Shown: piece by piece, positions 18,513 to 27,887 of the stretch
How positions within the stretch are numbered: the stretch's first letter is position 1
How the letters are laid out: each line of letters begins with the position of its first letter
Made by a program: the position numbers and the translations under genes
Notes under the pieces: model-generated
Databases searched by the model: none
What the model was told of the DNA's origin: nothing
The model's input: only the letters and a program-made list of their open reading frames with translations
NCBI GenBank assembly: GCA_003135135.1
Contig: PLDK01000030.1
Location: 2,006 to 66,005, forward strand
Length of the DNA: 64,000 nucleotides
Source: Deltaproteobacteria bacterium
GTDB lineage: Bacteria > Desulfobacterota > Binatia > Binatales > Binataceae
Direction: 5' to 3'

Positions 18513-20126
18513 TTAATAGAGCCGATTTTCCCGCTGCCACGGTTTGGACAGGCCATAGTCGTTTGCAATGACCTTGTATGCGTTGTAGCCGCCGGCCGCG
18601 CTGATTCCTCCGCCGCCCGCAGACGCCCCGCACATGTAGAGTCCTTCCATCTCGCTGCGATAGATGTGCGCCCGCGGCATCCCGGGATTCATAATGCTGA
18701 GCCGGCCGTGCGAGAAATCGCCCTCGGGCATCGCCATCCGGCTCTCCATGTCGAGCGAGACGTAAAGCTTGTCGGCGATTACATTGGCGCGCGTCATGTT
18801 GGGAGCGTAAGTGTTCCAGAGCTCCAGGAATTTCCCGTTGTAGTCGCGCCGGACGTTGTCCCATTCCTGCGCGCTGAGGCACGAAGCCTTCGGGAAAAAG
18901 AACCATCCGTTCATCGTGTGCATTCCCGCAGGCGCCTGGCTGGGATCCCACAGCGAGTTGACCCAGGTGCCGGCGCCGGGCAGGTCGGGAATCTGGCCGC
19001 CGTAGGCCTGCAGGATATAGTCGGAAACCTGTTGGGCATTTTCGAATCCGACGATGGTGTAGAAGCACTTGTTGATGTCGGGATTATGACGCGCGGATTT
19101 GTAGTCGGGCGCCGCGCGCAACGCGAATGACGGCGTGCCGAGCACGTGCTCAGGTCCAAACCGCCAGTTCGACATCCGCTCTTTTCTGAATTCGCTGAGC
19201 TTGTCCCAGCCGATGAGATCGACGAAGGTGGTTTTCGGATCGGCGTTGGAAGCGACCAGTTTGCGCGCCTCGATGGTGCGCCCGTCCTTGAGCCGCACGC
19301 CGGTTGCGCGCCCGCCGGAATTCAGAATCTCGACGACCGGGCTGTTGTAACGAAGATCCGCGCCCGCGGCGAGCGCCGCGGCCGCCATCGAATGCGCCAG
19401 CGTATGCGTCCCGCCGATCGACATGTAGTGATTCGCGCACAGCCAGATCACGCACATCACGAAGCCGAAGCCGTCGGCGGTGTGCAGGTTCGCGCCCCAT
19501 TCCACGCACTGGCGATACATGGTCGCGCGCAGCTCGGTCGACTCGAAAACCTCATCGATCAGCACTTTCGGGCACTTGTTCATCTCTTGCGGCTGAAACC
19601 CGAGGTCAAGCCAAAGCTGCAGCATCCGGCCCATGATGGCTTCGCTGCGGCCCCCCTCGAGCTTCACCTCGGACGCGGGCGGGCTGTAGAGCATCGCTGA
19701 GATGTAATCGTTGGCCGCCAGCACCTTGCCGCGGATCGCAGCGAAAGTATCGGCGTCGCGGCGCGAGTAGTAGGCGATACTCGCATGCGTCCGGTCCGCG
19801 AGTTCGGGCCGGTAGATGACCAGGGGCGGCCTGCCATCGGCAAAGGTAATTCCGACCTGCGCATCCGGCTTGATCACCCGCGCCCCGAAGCTGGGCAGGT
19901 CGAAGTCGCGATAGAACGGCATCATCTCGATGAACTCCATGTACTGGGCATGGAGGTTGTGCCAGAAGCCGGGAACGGTCGCCTCATCGGTGTGTGCGCC
20001 GCCGCCTTCGTCGTGGCGCCGCTCGAATATCCCGACTTTCAAGCCCGCGCGCGCGAGATATGCGCCCAGGCAGAGACCGTTGTGGCCGGCTCCGATAATT
20101 ACCGCGTCATAAGATGCGTCTGGCAT
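18513..20126 (-). CDS. phytoene-dehydrogenase/CrtO-like FAD-dependent oxidoreductase
   Basis: YDAVIIGAGHNGL, ERR..GGG, GGTHTLAHSM, LYMCGAS...GYNA. Confidence 0.88.
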   Translation of the reverse strand: MPDASYDAVIIGAGHNGLCLGAYLARAGLKVGIFERRHDEGGGAHTDEATVPGFWHNLHAQYMEFIEMMPFYRDFDLPSFGARVIKPDAQVGITFADGRPPLVIYRPELADRTHASIAYYSRRDADTFAAIRGKVLAANDYISAMLYSPPASEVKLEGGRSEAIMGRMLQLWLDLGFQPQEMNKCPKVLIDEVFESTELRATMYRQCVEWGANLHTADGFGFVMCVIWLCANHYMSIGGTHTLAHSMAAAALAAGADLRYNSPVVEILNSGGRATGVRLKDGRTIEARKLVASNADPKTTFVDLIGWDKLSEFRKERMSNWRFGPEHVLGTPSFALRAAPDYKSARHNPDINKCFYTIVGFENAQQVSDYILQAYGGQIPDLPGAGTWVNSLWDPSQAPAGMHTMNGWFFFPKASCLSAQEWDNVRRDYNGKFLELWNTYAPNMTRANVIADKLYVSLDMESRMAMPEGDFSHGRLSIMNPGMPRAHIYRSEMEGLYMCGASAGGGGISAAGGYNAYKVIANDYGLSKPWQRENRLY

Positions 20127-20135
20127 GCGGCTCTC

Positions 20136-20543
20136 CTAATGGTTGCCCTCAGGGGCGAGCTTCATCAGCCGATGAACCCGAAGTGGAAAGAAAAGATTGC
20201 CGATCCGCGAGGTGACTTTCAGCCGGCCTCGAAGATGCTCGATCAGCGGATTGCTGCGGCCCTGCAGCAGCTTGGTCAGCGACTGGTACGAACCCGCGAT
20301 GGTGGCGTCGAACGGCCCCGCGTTGCCGTCGCTGATCGCGATTTCATCGCCCCGAAAATCCACCGTCACGGAAGCATCGTAATCGGTCGCGGTCAGCCCG
20401 AGGCGGCCATGCAAACGCGACGCGCGCACCCGCCGGCGCGTCGAATCGGCGAGTTGCTGCTCGAGGAACTGCTGCACGATCGAGGCGAGCCCGCTCGTCG
20501 CGTTGTCATCGAGTCGCACCGGGATATCTGCGATAGCGGTCAT
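20136..20543 (-). CDS. SCP2-like small protein
   Basis: ATG 20543 overlaps upstream stop; FDATIAGSYQSLTKLLQG...LRGRLKV. Confidence 0.7.
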   Translation of the reverse strand: MTAIADIPVRLDDNATSGLASIVQQFLEQQLADSTRRRVRASRLHGRLGLTATDYDASVTVDFRGDEIAISDGNAGPFDATIAGSYQSLTKLLQGRSNPLIEHLRGRLKVTSRIGNLFFPLRVHRLMKLAPEGNH

Positions 20544-22132
20544 TTCCACCAGCGCTCGACGTGCTGATCCTGCGCGATGATCTCCAGTGCGTTGTAAGCC
20601 GGCGCGAAGGTCACGAATCCGTGGGGATGCTGCGTAGCGCCGCACATGTAAAGATTCGCAATCGGAGTCCGATACTCTGAAAGAATCGGGCCAGGGCGAT
20701 TGTCCAGCATGTTGCCGAGATCGATCAGCCCGCCGATCCAGTCGGCAAACACCATGTTCGGCATTCGGCGCACGATATCGAGCGGCGTATAGGTCGCCCA
20801 ATCGATGAAGGAATCGTCGCTCAGGTTGGGCGCGGCGGTTTTCCAGACGTCGATGCAGCGCTGGCCGTACTCGCGCGCCACCTTGTCCCATTCCTGCGGA
20901 CCACCCTTGGCGAGGTTGTAGGGCGCCATCTGGCGCAGCAGACCGGTATAGCATCCCTGGGGCGCGTCGGTCGGATCATAGAGCGAGTTGACCGCGGCGT
21001 TGGGCCGCGGATTTAGAAGTTTGCCGGCGCGCACATCGCGCCAATCGTCATTGAACTGCTTCTGATTTTCGTAACCGAGGTTAACCACCCAGGCCTGGTT
21101 GACATCGGGATCGAATGACGCCGCGCGATACTCGGGAAGCTTCGTCATCGCCAGATGCACGCTGAAGAAGGTCGAATCCATGTGCGGGAAGTGTTCGACT
21201 TCGGCGGTCAGCGAAGCTGGCAGATTCTCGCGCCCGATCATCTGCAAGAAAGTCTGCTCGAGGCTGATGGAACTGGCGACCAGATGCCTCGCGCGCACTT
21301 CGCTGCCATCTTCGAGGCGGACGCCGACGGCTTTTCCGTTCTCGACCAGAATCTTCTCGACGCCATGATTGAGGAAAACGCGCCCACCGGCTTGCGCGAG
21401 CGCTTCCCATAGTGAATGGGCGAGCGCGTGCGAACCGCCAATGCAGATGTGCCAATTGTCGATCTTGCTCAGCAGCAGCGGGAACGAAACCGCCAGCCCC
21501 TTGCGGTCGGTCGCATAGCCCGCGAGCGACGCGTGAAATGCGAGATGCGCCTTGACTCGATCGTTCTCGAAATGGTGGTCGAGGAATTCGTTGATCGTCT
21601 GATGACGCAGATGAACGCTCAGGTATTTGCTCTTTTCCTCGACGCCCCAGGCCACCAGCGCCTTGGTGATCTCCTTCATCGAAGTCGGCGGCGAATACAT
21701 CAGCGTGCGCAAAATCAGGTCGCGGTAACCGCGCGCTTCTTCGTAAACCGCGCGAAAAGTGTCAGCATCCTTGCGCGAAAAACGCGCGATCGATTCGCAG
21801 GTCTTGTTGAGATCGGTATGCACCACTAGCGCAGTGCCGTCCTGAAATACGCTCGCCATCTGCACCGGTGGCTGTACGTAACGAAGTCCATGGCGGGTGA
21901 CCAGCTCGAGGTCGTCGTATACGGGGCAAATGCCGACCAGAGTGTGGTAATTCGCGTGAACGTTGTGCAGGAAGCCCGGCCGCGTCAGTTCCTCGGTGCA
22001 GAGTGCGCCGCCTTCTTCGGTGCGCTTCTCGAAAACGCCAACGCTCCATCCAGCTTTCGCCAGGTAGCCGGCGAGCGCCATCCCGTTGTGACCCGCACCG
22101 ATTATCACCGCATCAAAGGTTGCATCGGACAT
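20540..22132 (-). CDS. phytoene-dehydrogenase/CrtO-like FAD-dependent oxidoreductase
   Basis: FDAVIIGAGHNGM, GGSHALAHSL, YRTPIANLYMCGA..HP. Confidence 0.88.
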   Translation of the reverse strand: MSDATFDAVIIGAGHNGMALAGYLAKAGWSVGVFEKRTEEGGALCTEELTRPGFLHNVHANYHTLVGICPVYDDLELVTRHGLRYVQPPVQMASVFQDGTALVVHTDLNKTCESIARFSRKDADTFRAVYEEARGYRDLILRTLMYSPPTSMKEITKALVAWGVEEKSKYLSVHLRHQTINEFLDHHFENDRVKAHLAFHASLAGYATDRKGLAVSFPLLLSKIDNWHICIGGSHALAHSLWEALAQAGGRVFLNHGVEKILVENGKAVGVRLEDGSEVRARHLVASSISLEQTFLQMIGRENLPASLTAEVEHFPHMDSTFFSVHLAMTKLPEYRAASFDPDVNQAWVVNLGYENQKQFNDDWRDVRAGKLLNPRPNAAVNSLYDPTDAPQGCYTGLLRQMAPYNLAKGGPQEWDKVAREYGQRCIDVWKTAAPNLSDDSFIDWATYTPLDIVRRMPNMVFADWIGGLIDLGNMLDNRPGPILSEYRTPIANLYMCGATQHPHGFVTFAPAYNALEIIAQDQHVERWWK

Positions 22133-22203
22133 CGAAGGCTACCTCGCTTACCGCATCTCTAATGGGCGTAGTTCGCCGCGGCCGCGGTTGTGAACGATCC
22201 CAT

Positions 22204-22231
22204 CTCAAGTATCGTGCCTCAAGTATCGTGC
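22204..22231. repeat. perfect 14-bp tandem duplication (CTCAAGTATCGTGC x2), sigma54-like on minus strand
   Basis: Copies at 22204-22217 and 22218-22231; the minus strand reads AGGCACG-ATAC-TTGAG twice. Confidence 0.7.
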
Positions 22232-22257
22232 CTGAACTAAACTCGGGGTAATTTTTA

Positions 22258-22291
22258 TAACTGGTCAGTCAGTCATATGACTGGCTAGTCA
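22258..22291. promoter_or_regulatory. paired imperfect 14-bp palindromes (TetR-like operators)
   Basis: TAACTGGTCAGTCA 22258-22271 and TGACTGGCTAGTCA 22278-22291 upstream of the FAD/SCP2 operon. Confidence 0.55.
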
Positions 22292-22694
22292 TCACCCGAT
22301 TCAAACGCAATTACCATGCCTAAAACTAAGCGCATCATGTAGCTAACCATAGCGTCCAATAACTTCTCACTGTTCATGTTTTCGTTTACTTTCGGAGTTT
22401 ATTCGCCCAGCGCATGGTGTCCCTGAACAGACCAATGGACAATTGCGCGCCATTGCGCCGATCCGGGCTAGGAGGCTCGCGATGGTAGATTTAGTAGCGT
22501 CGGCACGATGTTTCGGGCGGGGGGTCCGATTCCGACAGCATGCGATCGGCCGCCACGCTTCGGTGTGTCCGGTCGCGTCACTCGCGGATACGGATGATTC
22601 CGATTGATGCAGTGGGACGCGCGCTCAAGCACGTGTCTCGGAATCTTTGTGCTCAGCGCAACAATTCAAGCAAGCTTGCCGCTTGCCGTTCGCT

Positions 22695-23150
22695 TCATGA
22701 TTGAACCGCGATGGCGGCCGCATTCTTCGTTCGATTTGAGGTTTTGGTCTTTTTTCTCGATCGAGGCTTCTTGACGGCAGATGCCACTGGCACGCCGGCA
22801 TCCGCAGTCATTGCGTCAACAGGCTCCAGGTCGTTGAGCTCGACGTCAGTGAGCTCAGGCTTGGCGAAAATCGCGCTCGGAGCAAAATTCGGTCGATCGT
22901 TGCCCTTCAGGAGGGCGTCGCGGAGCTCAAGATAACGCATTCGAGTGGTGCTGATGCCAACGAAGACAGGTCCGTCGATTCCGTTTTTTCCGACCGAGCG
23001 GCACTCGAAGCGGGTATTGATGATCGGAAACGGCTTACGGGCAGCGATGGACAGCACGGAACCGGGCCACCATCTGCCTTTGCCCACGCGGACGATCCAG
23101 ACCCAGACAGCAGCACCTGGACTAAGTTCGCAGATCCGATGAACTTCCAT
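22695..23150 (-). CDS. hypothetical protein with PWWP/Tudor-like N-terminus and Lys-rich tail
   Basis: GGAGG RBS upstream; PGAAVWV...GRWWPGSV; KKPRSRKKTK. Confidence 0.55.
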   Translation of the reverse strand: MEVHRICELSPGAAVWVWIVRVGKGRWWPGSVLSIAARKPFPIINTRFECRSVGKNGIDGPVFVGISTTRMRYLELRDALLKGNDRPNFAPSAIFAKPELTDVELNDLEPVDAMTADAGVPVASAVKKPRSRKKTKTSNRTKNAAAIAVQS

Positions 23151-23342
23151 TTGGTAGTCTTCCCTCCACAGTTCTTACGTCAATGGCTTTCAGCCAAGCG
23201 CGGAAATTTCTGAAATACGAATCGTATGAGGGGCACCCGGCTGGCCTGCTTCGTTCCAATCCGGCGCTGAGGGCTCCCCGCAAACCCAGTCGAAGAAGTT
23301 CACGATTTCTGGTGGAGGACGCAGCAAAGTGACTGCGGTTGG

Positions 23343-24056
23343 TCACGGCAGGTTTCTCGAGGCCGCGCTTGTCGCCGCGGTGCCCAAATCACGCTCGGCG
23401 TCAGAGAGGGCCGCGAAGATTGAGTCGGCGGTGACGGCGGCCATCAAGGTTCGCAGCGTTTCAGGCCGCGAACACATCTGCGGCAGCTTCGCCAGCCAGG
23501 GCAAGTGCAGTTCGTGATACTTAAGGCCGAGCACGAAAAACAGACGAGTGGGTTTACCATCGAGGGCGTCGAAATCGACGCCGCTGCGCGATCGGCCCAG
23601 GATCATGAACGGTTTGACTACGTGCTCGGGATGGCGATTGAGCGTGTGCAGGAAGGCGAGTCCGTTACCGATCGCGCTCGGCATGATATTCTCGCGCTCG
23701 ATAAGAGCGCCGACGAACCAGGTCTTGTCCCTCACCAAATTTAGCCGGCTGGCCAGATTCGCCAACTCCTCGATGACTCCGGTTTTGGTGTTGGCCTCCA
23801 GGTCGGGGATTATGTGGCTCGGCTGAAAGCAACTCGCGAGATCCAGCATTCTGCGCGCCGCCGGTGCGCCTCTGGAAACGTCAACGCTCCGCGGCGTGAC
23901 TCCCAACATTTGATCGTCGAGCCAGGCGTCCAGCATCGCCTTGCGGAAGCGCCATTGATTTCCGATTTTGACTCCGGGTAACTCGCCCTCGGATACCAAT
24001 TTGAGCACCGTTCGCTCGTTGAGGTTCAGGTAATCGGCGAGTTGGCGAACCGTCAT
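23343..24056 (-). CDS. HTH_17 (excisionase-like) - PTS EIIA(Ntr/Fru-type) fusion protein
   Basis: MTVRQLADYL...LPGVKIGNQWRF plus ERE..MPSAIGNGLAFLH...GVDFDALDG; start uncertain. Confidence 0.85.
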   Translation of the reverse strand: MTVRQLADYLNLNERTVLKLVSEGELPGVKIGNQWRFRKAMLDAWLDDQMLGVTPRSVDVSRGAPAARRMLDLASCFQPSHIIPDLEANTKTGVIEELANLASRLNLVRDKTWFVGALIERENIMPSAIGNGLAFLHTLNRHPEHVVKPFMILGRSRSGVDFDALDGKPTRLFFVLGLKYHELHLPWLAKLPQMCSRPETLRTLMAAVTADSIFAALSDAERDLGTAATSAASRNLP

Positions 24057-24338
24057 CAACCTATCTGCCGATTCACGGGAGCTTTCCGTCGTTCTACGGA
24101 CGATGTTTGACACTTGCGCAAGAATACCTAGAAATTCCATAGAATACAATCGATTACTCAAAATTCGGAGTAAAAGGCCGTGCTGTTCGAAAGCGCCCAT
24201 GCGAACGTTTGCCCAAGCGACGTGAAGTGAAGATGGGAGGCGGCCGAAACGGCACTGCCGTCGTATGCTGGACAGGGGCTTGCCGGATTGGCGAATATCG
24301 CGGAGCATCCGTGGAGTACCAGAAGAGTGAGAGTCGGC

Positions 24339-24995
24339 TTGGACAAGGTTTCAGTACTGGCGAGCGGTGGCCTGGACAGCTCGGTTTTGATCGCGAAATT
24401 GGCAACCGGCGCCGAAGTTTACCCGATCTACGTGCGGTGCGGGTTTGCCTGGGAAGAGCTGGAGCTCGACGGCCTTCAATCCTTCCTCGACGCGCTCGAC
24501 AACCCGAACGTGGTGCCGATAACGGTGCTCTCCGTCCCCACCAACGTCTTGTACGGCGACCACTGGAGCGTGTCGGGCGCGAGCGTTCCCGGCGCCGACG
24601 AACCCGACGAGAACACCTACCTGCCGGGCCGGAACATCATATTGATTGCGTTGGCGGCGGTTTGGGGCAGCACGCACGGCGTCTCACGCATCGCGATCGG
24701 ATCGCTGGGCGGCAATCCTTTTTCCGATGCGACCCCTGAGTTCTTCGATAGCTTCGCCCGCGCCCTAAGCATGGGACTGGGACGCAATGTGATGGTCGAG
24801 GCGCCGATGAGAGGTCTGCATAAGGACGACCTGATCAGGATGTTCAAGGACCTGCCGCTCGAGTTGACCTTGACTTGCATGGCGCCCAAAAAGGGCGCTC
24901 GGCACTGCGGGCAATGCAACAAATGCCGCGAGCGTCAGCTCGCCTTTCGCAACGCAGGTGTCGTGGATCGCACGGTTTACGTCCGGCAGGGGTGA
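24339..24995 (+). CDS. queC: 7-cyano-7-deazaguanine synthase
   Basis: SGGLDS PP-loop, YLPGRN, TC...HCGQCNKCRER; TTG start assumed. Confidence 0.85.
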   Translation: MDKVSVLASGGLDSSVLIAKLATGAEVYPIYVRCGFAWEELELDGLQSFLDALDNPNVVPITVLSVPTNVLYGDHWSVSGASVPGADEPDENTYLPGRNIILIALAAVWGSTHGVSRIAIGSLGGNPFSDATPEFFDSFARALSMGLGRNVMVEAPMRGLHKDDLIRMFKDLPLELTLTCMAPKKGARHCGQCNKCRERQLAFRNAGVVDRTVYVRQG

Positions 24996-25130
24996 CCCCT
25001 GCACTCAGTGTTAAGATGTGGGACTTCGTCCCTGTTAGAATCGTAGGGGGAGACTGAGCCGCCAAGTATTACCTTGAAACCGAAAACGAAGATTGACCCG
25101 AGTGTTTCAACACGCTGCTACCGCATTCGT

Positions 25131-26138
25131 GTGAAGCGGAAAGTTCTGGCGATAGCTCTCGTGCTCCTGCAGATAGGTGTGCTGGGAGCCTGCACCTCTC
25201 ATCCTGCGTCTGATGCAAAGCCCAATTCTGCATTTCGAGTCGCGCTACTCACGCCCGGACCGGTTAGCGACGCGGGCTGGAATGCGGCTGCGTATGAAGG
25301 ACTCGAACTCATCAAGACCAGGCTCGGCGCCGACACCGCCCTGGTGCAGACCAGGTCGCCTGCCGACTTCGAGGACGCTTTCCGCGATTTTGCCTCGCGC
25401 GGATTCGACCTCATCTTCGCTCACGGCTTCGAGTACACCGATAGCGCCATCGAGGTAGCGCGAAGTTTTCCAAATACCTGCTTTGTGGTCAGTTCGGGAA
25501 GTGAGTCGTCCGCAAATGTCGCGTCGATAACCTTCAATGTCGATCAGGCAACCTATGTGGAAGGCGTGCTGGCAGGGGCTCTCTCGAAGACCGGAGTCGT
25601 AGGCGCCGTCGGCGGAATAGAACTGCCGTCGATACGATTGTTCTTCGAGGGTTTCAAGCGGGGCTTTCTTTCAGTACAGCCCAAAGGTCGAATTCTGATC
25701 AGCTATACCGGCAATTTCGACGACGTCGGTGCCGCCAAGGAAGCGGCGCTTGCGCAAATCAGCCAGGGCGCGGACGTGCTGATTCACAACGCTGACGCGG
25801 CCGGCCTCGGCGTCTTCCTTGCGGCCGCACAAGCGCATGTCTTCGCCTTTGGTGTATTTAACAACCAGAACGGCGTCGCCCCGGACGTCGTCCTGGCCAG
25901 CGCCGTGACTTCGACTCCGCTGGCTTTCCTGAAAATCGCAACCGAGGTCAAAGACAAGCGCTTTCATCCGGGGATGCTGGAATTTGGAATGCAGGACGGG
26001 ATGGTGCGCGTGGTGCTCAACCCCAGGCTCGAGTCGCGGATTCCCGCGGCCGCGCTCCAACGCGCGCGCAAGGTCGAGCATGAGCTGGCGACTGGCCGGC
26101 TGGTTCTCCCGCCAACGCTCAACCCCGGCCGGCCATGA
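25131..26138 (+). CDS. BMP family (nucleoside-binding) ABC lipoprotein
   Basis: Lipobox LGAC, PGPVSDAGWN, GFDLIFAHGFEY, GNFDDV, GADV. Confidence 0.85.
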   Translation: MKRKVLAIALVLLQIGVLGACTSHPASDAKPNSAFRVALLTPGPVSDAGWNAAAYEGLELIKTRLGADTALVQTRSPADFEDAFRDFASRGFDLIFAHGFEYTDSAIEVARSFPNTCFVVSSGSESSANVASITFNVDQATYVEGVLAGALSKTGVVGAVGGIELPSIRLFFEGFKRGFLSVQPKGRILISYTGNFDDVGAAKEAALAQISQGADVLIHNADAAGLGVFLAAAQAHVFAFGVFNNQNGVAPDVVLASAVTSTPLAFLKIATEVKDKRFHPGMLEFGMQDGMVRVVLNPRLESRIPAAALQRARKVEHELATGRLVLPPTLNPGRP

Positions 26139-26187
26139 CAGCCCACAAGTGCACAATTCAGCGCCGCTGGCGCCAGAGGTTAAATTC

Positions 26188-27036
26188 ATGAAATTCGGAC
26201 TGTTCGGAATCAACAACGGAGCTTGTGCGTTACCCAAGTGTGCCGCCGCAGTCGCGCGCGCGGCCGAAGACGCGGGTTTTGAAAGCGTGTGGACGGGCGA
26301 GCATGTGATCCTGCCCGACCCGCAGGCGCCGCCCTCGCCGGTGGCGGCGGACTACCCGATGCTCGACCCTGCAGTCGCGCTGGCCTTCATAGCGGCGCAC
26401 ACCACGAAGATTCGCCTCGGCACGGGCATCATTATATTGCCGCAGCGAAATCCTGTGGTGCTTGCCAAAGAGCTTGCCTCGACGGACGTGCTGTCAAACG
26501 GCCGGCTGATCTTCGGTATCGGCGTTGGATATCTGAAGCCCGAGTTCGAGGCGATTGGCGCGCCGTTCGATCACAAGGGTGCGCGTGCGGAAGAATGGCT
26601 GGCGGCGATGATCGCGCTGTGGTCGATGCCCAAGCCGGAGTTCAGCGGCAAGTGGATCAAGTTCAAGGGCGTCAATGCGATGCCGCGGCCGGTGCAGAAG
26701 CCGCATCCGGAAATTGTCTTCGGGGGGCATTCGACCGAGGCCTACAGCCGGGCGGCGCGGCTGGCCAAGGGATGGTACGGGTTTGCCCTGGACCTGGAGG
26801 CGACGGCGAAGTGCGTCGAGGGGCTGCGGGAGGCATGCAAGGCTGCTCGACGTCGGTTCGAGGAGCTGGAGATAAGCGTCACTCCGAATCCACGAGTCAA
26901 GCTCGATCGCGACACCGCCAAGCGCTTCGCCGACTTGGGCGTGAGCCGGCTTATTTTGCTGCAGCGCGGCGCGGACCAAGCGGCGCTGCTCGAAGGCGTT
27001 CGCGCGACCGGGCGCGACTTGATCGGCAAGGTGTGA
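26188..27036 (+). CDS. LLM-class (probable F420-dependent) oxidoreductase
   Basis: GFESVWTGEHV, IRLGTGIIILPQRNP, SNGRLIFGIGVG, PRPVQKPHP. Confidence 0.9.
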   Translation: MKFGLFGINNGACALPKCAAAVARAAEDAGFESVWTGEHVILPDPQAPPSPVAADYPMLDPAVALAFIAAHTTKIRLGTGIIILPQRNPVVLAKELASTDVLSNGRLIFGIGVGYLKPEFEAIGAPFDHKGARAEEWLAAMIALWSMPKPEFSGKWIKFKGVNAMPRPVQKPHPEIVFGGHSTEAYSRAARLAKGWYGFALDLEATAKCVEGLREACKAARRRFEELEISVTPNPRVKLDRDTAKRFADLGVSRLILLQRGADQAALLEGVRATGRDLIGKV

Positions 27037-27141
27037 GGAGTGAACCCGTAGTCAACATCTGATTCGAGCCGGTCAAAATAGGACGACCGGTGTCTCAAGA
27101 GCGCGACGGCGGGCATTGATGGGTCGGATTGCCGGCGGGAC

Positions 27142-27256
27142 CGGCATTTTTCTGCCGAAGCGGCAAAATCCTACCGCCTGCGGCGGTCAATCGTGGCCGC
27201 AGGTCGCTTTATTCGGCTGACATTTCCGTCCGCATCACTGCGGCACGCATGTTGCG
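27142..27256 (+). promoter_or_regulatory. sigma54 promoter with two upstream CGG-N10-CCG enhancer-like sites
   Basis: CGGCACG-CATG-TTGCG at 27241-27256; CGGCATTTTTCTGCCG at 27142-27157 and CGGCAAAATCCTACCG at 27161-27176. Confidence 0.6.
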
Positions 27257-27328
27257 TTAACCCTATTCAAGAGGGGCTTGGGTAATCGCACGAATCAATA
27301 AAGCGGATCTGAAAAGGGGAGCTGACAG

Positions 27329-27523
27329 ATGTTGAAAAACGATAGCAGTCACGTACTGACGGTTAAGGAACTCTCGGACTATCTGAAGGTTCATCCGTCA
27401 ACAATATATCGCCAGCTCAAGCGCGGACGGCTTCCGGCGTTCAAGGTCGGCAGCGACTGGCGCTTCAATATCGAATCGATCGATCGCTGGCGTATGGATC
27501 AGGATACGTTCAAACCGAATTAG
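27329..27523 (+). CDS. stand-alone HTH_17 (BldC/excisionase-like) DNA-binding protein
   Basis: LTVKELSDYLKVHPSTIYR...LPAFKVGSDWRF; GGGGAG RBS. Confidence 0.9.
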   Translation: MLKNDSSHVLTVKELSDYLKVHPSTIYRQLKRGRLPAFKVGSDWRFNIESIDRWRMDQDTFKPN

Positions 27524-27677
27524 GACTGTCCGGGGCGCGTAGCGGAAAAGGTGGGGAGCCAGGGGGGAGAAAGAGGGGAGTCACGCAGCGGGGCGTCCGA
27601 GAGGGCGCCCGGCGTGGCTAATCACGGCCGTCGCAGCGATAGCCGACCGATCAGAAACAACTTCGACAGGAACAAAT

Positions 27678-27887
27678 ATGCGTTTGACTATTTTAGCCGG
27701 ATTGATCATGGGCGTGGCGTTGGCGATCCAGTCGGTGCTCAGCGCTCACGCCAGGGCCAAGGTCGTACATGCGGCGCGCGCTGTTCACGTCCATGAGAGC
27801 GCGCCGTGGTACATCGCAATGAATGATGGGCACAGCGCGGATGCTCGCGGCACTCGCGCGGGGCGGCCTGGGGCGAAGCTGATTTGA
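27678..27887 (+). CDS. small hypothetical exported protein
   Basis: AGGA RBS; hydrophobic N-terminus ending AHARA. Confidence 0.4.
   Translation: MRLTILAGLIMGVALAIQSVLSAHARAKVVHAARAVHVHESAPWYIAMNDGHSADARGTRAGRPGAKLI

Noticed and set aside
18513-22132. Carotenoid biosynthesis (crtI) cluster
   Set aside because: No crtB/crtE/crtY; the family is broad and the context is SCP2 and redox genes
23122-23346. 74-aa ORF coupled to the EIIA fusion stop
   Set aside because: ATGA overlap is suggestive, but there is no recognisable motif and it overlaps the next gene and its RBS
23343-27523. Excisionase-like HTH genes as prophage or ICE evidence
   Set aside because: No integrase, structural or conjugation genes; regulatory context fits better
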